64,000 bases of DNA from Octopus sinensis (GCF_006345805.1 NC_042997.1:206894001-206958000), one strand, 5' to 3'. Shown: positions 27,001 through 36,145, numbered from the stretch's first letter. Notes: generated by a model not told the origin, from the sequence alone. Numbers and translations: made by a program.

Positions 27001-29706
27001 GCTTTCAAATTTTGGCACAAGGCCAGCAATTTCAGGAGAATGGCTAAGTCAATTACATCAACCCCAGTGCTCAACTGGTCCTTATTTTATTGACCATAAA
27101 CATCACTGGAATTTTGGTTTCAAATTTTGGCACAATGCCAGCAATTTCAGGAGAGTGACTTAGTCAATTACATCAACCTCAGTGCTACACTGGTACTTAT
27201 TTTATTGACCATAAACATCATTGGAATTTTGCTTTCAAATTTTGGCACAAGGCCAGCAATTTCAGGAGAGTGTCTAAGTCAATTACATCAACCCCACTGA
27301 TCAATTGGTACTTATTTTATTGACCATAAACATCACTGGAATTTTGGTTTCAAATTTTGGCACAAGGCCAGCAATTTCAGGAGAGTGTCTAAGTCAATTA
27401 CATCAACCCCACTGATCAATTGGTACTTATTTTATTGACCATAATCATCACTGGAATTTTGGTTTCAAATTTTGGCACATGTTCAGCAATTTCAGTAGAG
27501 TGGCTAAGTCAATTATATCTACCCCAGTGCTCAACTGGTACTTATTTTATTGACCATAAACATCACTGGAATTTTGCTTTCAAATTTTGGCACAAGGCCA
27601 GCAATTTCAGGAGAATGGCTAAGTCAATTATATCAACCCCAGTGCTCAACTGGTCCTTATTTTATTGACCATAAACATCACTGGAATTTTGGTTTCAAAT
27701 TTTGGCACAATGCCAGCAATTTCAGGAGAGTGACTTAGTCAATTACATCAACCTCAGTGCTACAATGGTACTTATTTTATTGACCATAAACATCACTGGA
27801 ATTTTGCTTTCAAATTTTGGCACAAGCCCAGCAATTTCAGGAGAGTGTCTAAGTCAATTACATCAACCCCACTGATCAATTGGTACTTATTTTATTGACC
27901 ATAAACATCACTGGAATTTTGGTTTCAAATTTTGGCACAAGGCCAGCAATTTCAGGAGAGTGTCTAAGTCAATTACATCAACCCCACTGATCAATTGGTA
28001 CTTATTTTATTGACCATAAACATCACTGGAATTTTGCTTTCAAATTTTGGCACAAGGGCAGCAATTTCAGGAGAGTGACTAAGTCAATTACATCAACACC
28101 AGTGCTCAATTGGTACTTACTTTATTGACCATAAACATCACTGGAATTTTGGTTTCAAATTTTGGCACAAGGCCAGCAATTTCAGGAGAGTGTCTAAGTC
28201 AATTACATCAACCCCACTGCTCAATTGGTACTTATTTTATTGACCATAAACATCACTGGAATTTTGGTTTCAAATTTTGGCACAAGGCCAGCAATTTCAG
28301 GAGAGTGTCTAAGTCAATTACATCAACCCCACTGCTCAATTGGTACTTATTTTATTGACCATAAACATCACTGGAATTTTGGTTTCAAATTTTGGCACAA
28401 GGCCAGCAATTTCAGGAGAGTGCCTAAGTCAATTACATCAACCCCACTGCTCAATTGGTACTTATTTTATTGACCATAAACATCACTGGAATTTTGGTTT
28501 CAAATTTTGGCACAAGGCCAGCAATTTCAGTAGAGTGGCTAAGTCAATTATATCTACCCCAGTGCTCAACTGGTACTTATTTTATTGACCATAAACATCA
28601 CTGGAATTTTGGTTTCAAATTTTGGCACAAGGCCAGCAATTCCAGGAGAGTGTCTAAGTCAATTACATCAACCCCTATGCACAACTGGTACTTATTTTAT
28701 TGACCATAATCATCACTGGAATTTTGGTTTCAAATTTTGGCACAAGTCCAGCAATTTCAGTAGAGTGGCTAAGTCAATTATATCTACCCCAGTGCTCAAC
28801 TGGTACTTATTTTATTGACCATAAACATCACTGGAATTTTGGTTTCAAATTTTGGCACAAGGCCAGCAATTTCAGGAGAATGGCTAAGTCAATTACATCA
28901 ACCCCAGTGCTCAACTGGTACTTATTTTATTGACCATAAACATCACTGGAATTTTGGTTTCAAATTTTGGCACAAGGCCAGCAATTTCAGGAGAGTGACT
29001 TAGTGAATTACATCAACCCCAGTGCTACACTGGTACTTATTTTATTGACCATAAACATCACTGGAATTTTGCTTTCAAATTTTGGCACAAGGCCAGCAAT
29101 TTCAGGAGAGTGTCTAAGTCAATTACATCAACCCCACTGATCAATTGGTACTTATTTTATTGACCATAAACATCACTGGAATTTTGGTTTCAAATTTTGG
29201 CACAAGGCCAGCAATTTCAGGAGAGTTGCTAAGTCAATTACATGAACCCCAGTGCTCAACTGGTACTTATTTTATTGACCATAAACATCACTGGAATTTT
29301 GGTTTCTAATTTTGGCACAAGGCCAGCAATTTCAGGAGAGTGTCTAAGTCAATTACATTAACCCCAGTGCTCAACTGGTACTTATTTTATTGACCATAAA
29401 CATCACTGGAATTTTGGTTTCTAATTTTGGCACAAGGCCAGCAATTTCAGGAGAGTGGCTAAGTCAATTACATCAACCCCAGTGCTCAACTGGTACTTAT
29501 TTTATTGACCATAAAGATCACTGGAATTTTGGTTTCAAATTTTGGCACAAGGCCAGCAATTTCAGGAGAGTGTCTAAGTCAATTACATCAACCCCAGTGC
29601 TCAACTGGTACTTATTTTATTGACCATAAACATCACTGGAATTTTGGTTTTAAATTTTGGCACAAGGCCAGCAATTTCAGGAGAGTGGCTAAGTCAATTT
29701 CATCAA
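1..29706. repeat. 115-bp tandem satellite array, about 258 monomers, open at the left window edge
   Basis: Monomer ttattttattgaccataaacatcactggaattttggtttcaaattttggcacaaggccagcaatttcaggagagtg(g/t)ctaagtcaattacatcaaccccagtgctcaactggtac. The 115-bp period is also visible in ORF-track starts (349, 464, 579...). The last partial monomer ends at about 29706. Confidence 0.99.
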
Positions 29707-29724
29707 TCGTAGTGCAAATGCAAC

Positions 29725-29837
29725 AGGATGAAAGGCATATTTGTTCCTGGCTGTATTTGATTTTTGAGTTGTTAAGATGGATGAAATGCTGCTTGCCACT
29801 TCCTCCGACATGCTACTGATTCTGCCAGCTCATCACC
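29725..29837 (-). mobile_element. Degenerate tRNA-derived SINE 5' head abutting the satellite
   Basis: Minus strand reads ggtgatgagc-TGGCAGAATCAG (fits A box TRGCNNARYNNG)...aatcaaatac (broken B box)...gcctttcatcct. It is colinear with the octopus SINE head as I recall it (ggcggcgagctggcagaa...gagttcaaattccgcc...gcctttcatcct). Confidence 0.65.
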
Positions 29838-29860
29838 AGAATGTCTGAAATAATAAGAAC

Positions 29861-30010
29861 CATCATCATCTTTGAACACCTGTTATCCATAGTGGCATGG
29901 TTTGGACCGTTTGACTGTGGCTGGTAAGCTGGAAGTCTGTAGCAGACTCCATTCTGGTTTTTAGCGGTATTCTATGACTAGATGCCCTTCCTAATGCCAA
30001 CCACTCTGAA
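29861..30010 (-). mobile_element. RTE-type LINE 3' UTR fragment ending in (GAT)n
   Basis: catcatcatc...gatgcccttcctaatgccaaccactc is the reverse complement of the tail family at 41578-41783 and 53310-53622. Confidence 0.6.
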
Positions 30011-30039
30011 ATCACTGAAATAATATCGGATTCAAATTT

Positions 30040-30150
30040 CGGCAAAGGCTTTGTTCATGTCAACAAAAGCCAGATACAGAAGTTTGTTTGGTTAAATATT
30101 TCTCATGCAGTTGCCTAACCAGGAACATAGCATTAGTCTTGCCTGGGACA
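30040..30150 (-). pseudogene. Short RTE reverse transcriptase fragment
   Basis: Minus-strand translation approximates NAMFLVRQLHEKYL..LYLAFVDMNKAF, matching the RTE RT segment DAIF..RQL.EK...LY.AFVD.EKAF. Confidence 0.45.
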
Positions 30151-30260
30151 GATCTGAATTGCATCTCATCTAAACTAACTCTTCCTAATTAATTGAGCTA
30201 TGACACTTTCTGTAACTTTCATCACTACCTTTAATAATAACAACAACAACAACAGCAATA

Positions 30261-31520
30261 ACCTGTGGAATTACTGAGAATGTGTATGCACTGATTAAGA
30301 ACATCATGCCTAGTTGGAAAACGTATCTTTTCTGTAACAATCAAAAGAAGTATCTTCCAAGGAGACTCTTGTTCTCCTCTCTAATTTGTTATAGCCTTGA
30401 TCCCACCTTCTGTAGTCCTACGTAAAATCAACGTGCAGTATGACCTGAGAAAGAACGGATCTCATCTCAACCACCTTTGCTTCATGGGCAATTTAAAACT
30501 GTTTGCAAAAAACAGAGCCTGAAATGGAGGGGCTTGTTGAGACTGTACAGATATGCAACCAGAATATAGGGATGGAATTCGGTACCTCAAAGTGTGCGAT
30601 GCTTACTTTGAAGCAAATTGTAGGGGCATAGAATTGCCAGACGGAGAGAGAAAGGAAGAGACTGACCAACTCGTGCGCATTAACCAAAAGATAAAGACAA
30701 TGCATGGTGCTCTCCACCCTAAGGTACACATGAAGAGAGGTAAAGGTGAACATGGGCTGATTAGTGTACAAGTGTGCATCAACGAATATTTGGTAAATAG
30801 CAAAGAAGACCTGCTACAGAATGCTGCTAGTGCAGAAGGACCAGGCATTGAATAGCAACTCAATACCACACGAGTGATTCAGACCTCTGCAGAAGGTTGA
30901 AAGCGTGAGTCACATTGTTAGAGCTTGAGAAAGTCTTGCACAGAAAGAGTACAAGCGTGGACATGACAAGGTAGCCGAAAACCTCCACTGGCTACTATGC
31001 CATAAGTGTGGATATGAGGTTACGGGTGCTTGGTACCAACATACACCGGAAAAGGTAATGGACGAAAAGGGGAAGGCAAAAATCCTCTGGGACTTTGATT
31101 TCCAGACAAAGTGTTAGAGCACTGAAAGCTGGATATAGTAACCTTTAGGAGGGACAAACAAGAGTGCCCAATAATTGATGTGGCAGTGCCAGGAGATCAA
31201 CTTATCATCATGAAAAAAAGAGAAAAAGGTTGATAAATATGGAGATCTGAGAATTGAGATTGCTAAGATGTGGCAGGTACAAGAGTCAAACATAAAGGTT
31301 ATCCCTATTGTCATCGGAGTATTGGGTTCAATACCATCCCATCTGAAAACTTTAGAAATGCCCTACAATCTAGGTGTATTGCAGAAGTCGGCATTACTTG
31401 GAATTGGATGCATATTGTGTAAAGTACTGTTGGTCTGAGGTCCTTGTTGTCACTTGACAAACAGTACAAACCCCCGGTAGACACAATATCTTCAATCAAC
31501 AACCTCACGATATTGTATAC
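30261..31520 (+). mobile_element. 5'-truncated, degenerate R4/Dong-like non-LTR retrotransposon (RT, zinc knuckle remnant, restriction-like endonuclease)
   Basis: Manual translation across stops and frameshifts: IFQGDSCSPL*FVIALIP, NHLCFMGNLKLFAK, HGALHPK..KRGKGEHGLISV, SHIVRA*ESLAQKEYKRGHDKVA..LHWLLC, KILWDFDFQT, LDIV..IIDVAVPGD..KY.DLRIEI..MW, VIPIVIGVLG. Coding ends at about 31440. Confidence 0.8.
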
Positions 31521-31575
31521 TGTACGACATCTACACTAGTGGTGGTGGTGGTGGCAGTGGTGGTGATGATGATGA

Positions 31576-31741
31576 TACTTATAGGATTGAAGTAACTCCT
31601 CCAGAAGATGTAGAAGCGAAAAAAAGAAGAGTGCCATTGTCATCAAGTGAATGATATTTCAACATCTCGTGTGTCTTCCACAGGTTCAAAAAAGAAACTT
31701 GTCAATCTGCTTCTGGAGGAGTTACCTTAATCTTATAAGTA
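31576..31741. mobile_element. MITE-like element of about 160 bp with about 30-bp TIRs, flanked by TA
   Basis: acttataggattgaagtaactcctccagaag (31577-31607) matches the reverse complement of 31710-31740 with 3 mismatches. TA lies at both outer ends. Confidence 0.7.
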
Positions 31742-31758
31742 TTACCAAAAATGAAGTA

Positions 31759-32080
31759 GCAGGTTGGAGCAAAAGTAATGTCCGATTTAAAAATCTCAGG
31801 TAAAAATGAAAAAGCCAATGACTATCTTTATCTAGTTTCAGCTCACTGAAACCTTTCCAATGTGCTTTAGCTGGCATACCACAGTTGTATGGGCCATGTT
31901 TAACTGTTCTGCAAGTTCCTTAGTGGTAACGGTAAGGTTCTCTGAAACAAGAGCTTCCAATATTTCGGAAACAAGTTTTTTTGGACGACCCTCTTTTAGC
32001 ACTTCTTTCAAAGTGAAATTACCACTGTATTCGTAAAGTAAGAAGTCTTTCCTGAACTTGTGAAAGTTTGGGGCTAGCGT
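31759..32080 (-). mobile_element. Internally deleted mariner remnant (one TIR plus N-terminal HTH fragment)
   Basis: aggttggagcaaaagtaatg at 31761 resembles the Hsmar1-type TIR. ORF 31838-32089 (GNFTLKEVLKEGRPKKL...TTKELAEQLNMAHTTVVCQLKHIGKV) resembles the mariner transposase second HTH. No catalytic domain is present. Confidence 0.65.
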
Positions 32081-32084
32081 TGAT

Positions 32085-32700
32085 GGCATTTATCCTCAAA
32101 CAAAGGAAAGAAAAAGTTGCATTTGAAACAGAAGAAAGATACAGACAGCTGTTCTACAAAATTATAGATTTAATTTGTGAGCAAATTGAGATACGATTTC
32201 AAAATTTAAATGAATTACATTTTTTAGCACTTCTCGATCCAATGAGACAAAATAACGACATCTAGGAAACATCTCTAACTTGCCTTAAACATTCTTATGG
32301 AGACCATTTCGACAGTCAAAAGTTATGAAGCAAACTTACTGCCTTGTACAAAGATGCTAAACTAAAAGGAAAATCTGTTCAATATTTATTTTACCTCTCG
32401 AAGGAAAGGGGCTTTCTCCGTCCGGGTTGCGGATTTGTGGAATAAGCTGCTGGATGAGATAGTGAAGATGCCGACGACCGCTCGGTTCAAAGTCTCTCTT
32501 GACCAGAAATGGCCTGAACTCTTTGCATGAACACCCTCCCTGTACATAACTCTATGTTCCCCTACATGGCCTTGCTTTTTGCTTTTTGAGCGAAAACATT
32601 AATTTAACTTAACTTAACTTTACATTCTGCATAATAGTGGATTAGATGAAACTTTGCTCCAGTTAACAAAGCTTTGTGGGTAACTTTTCAGAGTAACACC
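32085..32700 (+). pseudogene. hAT-family transposase C-terminal remnant, interrupted by a LINE fragment
   Basis: YRQLFYKIIDLICEQIEIRFQNLNELHFLALLDP...SYGDHFDSQKL*SKLTALYKD...KSVQYLFY|ILHNSGLDETLLQLTKL. The frame rejoins when 32395-32623 is removed. Confidence 0.55.
32395..32618 (+). mobile_element. CR1-like LINE 3' end with (TAACT)n tail and 5-bp TSD
   Basis: RKGAFSVRVADLWNKLLDEIVKMPTTARFKVSLDQKW fits the CR1/L2 ORF2 C-terminus F..RVxxxWNxL...FK..LD. The tail is ttaacttaacttaact. TSD tttac lies at 32390-32394 and 32619-32623. Confidence 0.7.
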
Positions 32701-33204
32701 CGCACGATTTTCACTAAAAAAAAAACTTGGATTTTTTGCGTGGAATCAAGTACCCCGACCTACTGATATGCTGCAAATCCCTTATTTTAGTTTGGGAAGG
32801 CAGGGTGTGAATGGGGAGAACTCCCCCCGGTCCCAGATTCATTAGAAATATTTTTTCTTTTTTTCATTGAAAATGCTACAAAACCCTTTTGGGGGTACGA
32901 AAAACAGATTACGGTGAGGTGGAAGCCTTGGAAATTTCACCCACCCCTACCCCCATAGATCATGTCACCAGCACGATTTTCACTAAGGAAAAAATAACAT
33001 TCCAGTGAATCCGGGATGGATTTCTGTAACCCAAAATCTGAATTAACATTTAAATAAAATAGATAAATTTTAAATGTGATTTTCTTAATTTGAAAAATAG
33101 GTATATAATATGAACATGTCAATTTAATTCAAATATCTATGTGACAAACTTTTTGGTTATTGCTTCCTCAGCCAGAAAGATCACTGTATGTATATATATA
33201 TATT

Positions 33205-33583
33205 CACGTGGCACTCTGTCGGTTACGACGATGAGGGTTCCAGTTGATCCGATCAACGGAACAGCCTGCTCGTGAAATTAACATGCAAGTGGCTGAGCAC
33301 TCCAGAGACATGTGTACTCTTAGCATAGTTCTCGGTTTAGGGTTAGAGATTCAGCATGACACAGAGTGTAACAAGGCTGGCCCTTTTAAAATACAGGTAC
33401 AACAGAAACAGGAAGAAAGAGTGAGAGAAAGGTGTGGTGAAAGAGTACAGCAGGGTTCGCCACCAACTCCTGCTGGGGCATCATGAAGCTTTAAATGTTT
33501 TCGCTCAATAAACACTCACAATGTTTGGTTTAGGAATCGAAACTGCGAGTCCACTGGCCAAACCACTGGGCCATTGCACCTCC
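33205..33583 (-). mobile_element. tRNA-derived SINE (octopus-type family)
   Basis: Minus strand starts ggaggtgcaaTGGCCCAGTGG (A box)...gtttcgattcc (B box). The body gcaggctgttccgttgatcggatcaactggaaccc is recognised from memory as a cephalopod SINE. Confidence 0.7.
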
Positions 33584-33595
33584 ATGCATACATAC

Positions 33596-33645
<50 letters not shown>

Positions 33646-33648
<3 letters not shown>

Positions 33649-34417
33649 CGTAGTTTATCTTTATTCTAACATCCCTCACAACCTAGGAATAGAAGCAATC
33701 ACCTTCTGGCTGAATAACTACCCCTTTGAACTCCCAACTCGCATAAACAAAGACCTTATAATAGAAGGACTTAGATTCATTTTAGAGAACAATTATTTTA
33801 TTTTTGACAATGATTTCTACAGGCAAAGATCGGGACTAGCGATGGGCACGCGTACTGCACCATCTTTTGCCAACCTAGTGATGGGATACCTCGAGAAAAT
33901 ACTATACCGGATGACACTCAAGAAATATGGAAACACCTTCGCCACCTATATCCATAACAACTGGAAAAGATACCTCGATGACTGTTTCATCATCTGGGAC
34001 AAAGGCATAGAGAAACTTGAGGAATTTAAAATTCTATTAAATGGAATAAATGACAATATACAATTCACGATGGACCACAACGAAAAAGAATTACCATTTT
34101 TAGATATCCTCATTAAGAAAACCGGCAACAAAATAGAGACAGATATCTACTATAAACCGACAGACTCTAAACAGTACCTACCCTTTGATTCATGCCACCC
34201 ACGACACACTAGAATGAATGTCCCTTTTTGTTTAGCTAGAAGGATTTGCACCATAATATCAGACACAAACACCCGACACACATGTCTCCAGGAACTTAGA
34301 ACCACACTCACAAATAGAAACTATCCACAGCCCCTAATAGACAGTGCAATCCAACGGGTACTTAAATTAAGTATAGAAGACCTGAGACAAACAAAACCAA
34401 AAAGAAAGAACAATTAA
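33646..34417 (+). pseudogene. Penelope-type reverse transcriptase, truncated at motif A
   Basis: DVVYLYSNIP, YRQRSGLAMGTRTAPSFANLVMG, RYLDDCFIIW, LPFLDI, YYKPTD..YL.FDSCHP. The N-terminus of the called ORF (33521-33645) is SINE plus microsatellite. Frameshifts lie at about 34415-34455. Confidence 0.9.
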
Positions 34418-34512
34418 AACCCTTCCCTACATCTCTACACACAACCCCACTCAACAATGAGGCCTTCAACACCATACTACAAAGCACAGCCCTACTAAAG
34501 GGAGACCCAAAG

Positions 34513-35043
34513 ATGAACCGGATCCTCGAAACACACACCATCATTAAAAGTAAACGGCAACCAAAATCCTTGAAAAGGATTTTAACCCAAGCTACACTGC
34601 ACTCAACATCAACCACAAAACCAGCAGTTAGAAAATGTGGAAGGCCCAACTGCGGAATCTGTGTCATCTTGAAAGAAGGATCAGAATTTATACTGGAACA
34701 AGGCCACCAGTTCACCATTAGAACAAACTTCACCTACGCATCAGAAAACTTAATTTACGTCATAACATGCGCAGGCTGCAATAGGCAGTATATAGGACAT
34801 ACAAAAAATAGCTTACGTAACAGGATGGCGGTGCATAAATCACAAATTAGAAACCCTGATTACCGCAAAATACCGGTCAGCGGACACATAGATAGATGTG
34901 CTGGAAATGTAAATCCGAAATTTACAACTAACCCGCTCTATAAATTCAGTGACAACGCAACCTTCACACAACGCCAAAATAATGAACTATATTTCATAAA
35001 AAAATTTAGACCAAGTTTAAACACCCTGGGCCAGGAATACTAA
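34513..35043 (+). pseudogene. GIY-YIG endonuclease domain of the Penelope-like element
   Basis: CGRPNCGIC, NLIYVITCAGCNRQYIGHT...LRNRMAVH, ELYFIKKFRPSLN. Confidence 0.88.
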
Positions 35044-35212
35044 AACAAAAGATAAGTCCTCCGAAAAGGAGAACCAAATTTCACCACGGCCGCTACTTCA
35101 AACAGACACTCACTCTGACGGAAATATGCCTTAGTAAAAAAGGGAAAAAAATTCTTTCGTGCAAATCTGACCCTGATACATACGATACAGCTAAGGGTCA
35201 GACCCGATTCTG

Positions 35213-35660
35213 ATTGGTCAACAAGTTGATGACGTCTAGCTCTGCTAGAATGGACAGGATACAAACAGGGGACAGTCATTAGTCAGAATATTGATGACGT
35301 CCTTTTCTGCTTGAATAGTCACCTAACAAGTACAGACAGGGGGCAGATCTAATGTAGCTATAAGTCGTGATTGGGCAGAATCTGGATGACATCCCGCTAT
35401 GCTTGACTAACGAAGCGACTGGTCAAGACAGGAAACAAACAAGAGGGAGTTATAATGCAGTGATTGGTCAAAATAATGATGACGTCCCGTTCCACTTGAT
35501 TAAAGCCACCTAACGAAACGATTGGTCAAAACATTGATGACGTCACGCTACGCTAGATTGACCACCTAACAGGCATTATAAAACCAAGCATTTCACAAAA
35601 AATCACTAGAACCACCCAGCGAACTTCCACCATGGGTCATCACATTTGCTTAAGGTAAAA
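35213..35660 (+). promoter_or_regulatory. Putative Pol II promoter in the PLE pseudo-LTR: 5x ATTGG-N12-TGACGTC, TATAAAA, Inr-like TCACT, Kozak ATG, candidate splice donor
   Basis: Modules start at 35213, 35278 (ATTAG), 35370 (TGACATC), 35463 and 35521. TATAAAA 35577, TCACT 35603, CCACCATGG 35627-35635, AAG|GTAAAA 35655. Confidence 0.6.
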
Positions 35661-35906
35661 ATGAATTCCTCGCTCTTTCGGAAACATCAATCTTCTGTAT
35701 TGACCGCTTTCCACCACTTTGATCTGTTTTTTGTATTGAATACGTATCGCCACCGTGGGCCACTGCATCGAACACTTTGAACATATACTTCAAACTATAT
35801 ATCAACTATACATGAACTATATATCAACTATACATGAACTCTAAGATGTCTGACTCCGTTGTGTATTATAAATGAATTTCTTGTGTTTGACGGCATGAGC
35901 TGTCTC

Positions 35907-35977
35907 TTTTTATATATAACTTTTTTTGATAAGGTTCATTTCAGGAACTGAAACATGTTATAATGTATATATAAAAA
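35907..35977 (+). ncRNA. Candidate type I minimal hammerhead ribozyme (U3-A8 variant)
   Basis: Core UUGAUAA (35926-35932), stem II ggttc/gaact, GAAA (35950-35953), palindromic ACATGT stem III, GUU triplet 35957-35959. Distal stem I is 12 bp (35907-35918 with 35966-35977). Confidence 0.6.
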
Positions 35978-36021
35978 TTAAAAATTGTATAATACAGCAG
36001 CATTTTCGAACTTCATTTTTT

Positions 36022-36023
<2 letters not shown>

Positions 36024-36084
<61 letters not shown>

Positions 36085-36096
36085 TATAAATATATA

Positions 36097-36132
<36 letters not shown>

Positions 36133-36145
36133 TATAAATATATAC

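Larger units (their letters stand above)
33646..36020 (+). mobile_element. 5'-truncated Penelope-like element (RT + GIY-YIG) with 3' pseudo-LTR
   Basis: An RT ORF is followed by a GIY-YIG ORF and about 1 kb of structured 3' region. (TA)n tracts bound both sides. Confidence 0.9.

Noticed and set aside
1-29706. CRISPR array
   Set aside because: There are no unique spacers and no cas genes, whole monomers are repeated, and the context is eukaryotic.
1-29706. Hammerhead ribozyme in the satellite monomer, as in newt or schistosome satellites
   Set aside because: Neither strand has a CUGANGA or UUGANAA core with stem II and GAAA.
5-29819. Hundreds of 60-270 aa ORFs (MTINITGILVSNFG...)
   Set aside because: They are by-products of the 115-bp period, mostly start at TTG, and their length depends on 1-bp indels. 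No protein motif is present.
29725-29837. Functional tRNA gene (also considered for the heads at 33540-33583 and 39815-39870)
   Set aside because: No complete cloverleaf, degenerate boxes, and continuity with SINE bodies.
33337-33346. Telomeric TTAGGG seed
   Set aside because: It is only about 1.5 units, inside a SINE.
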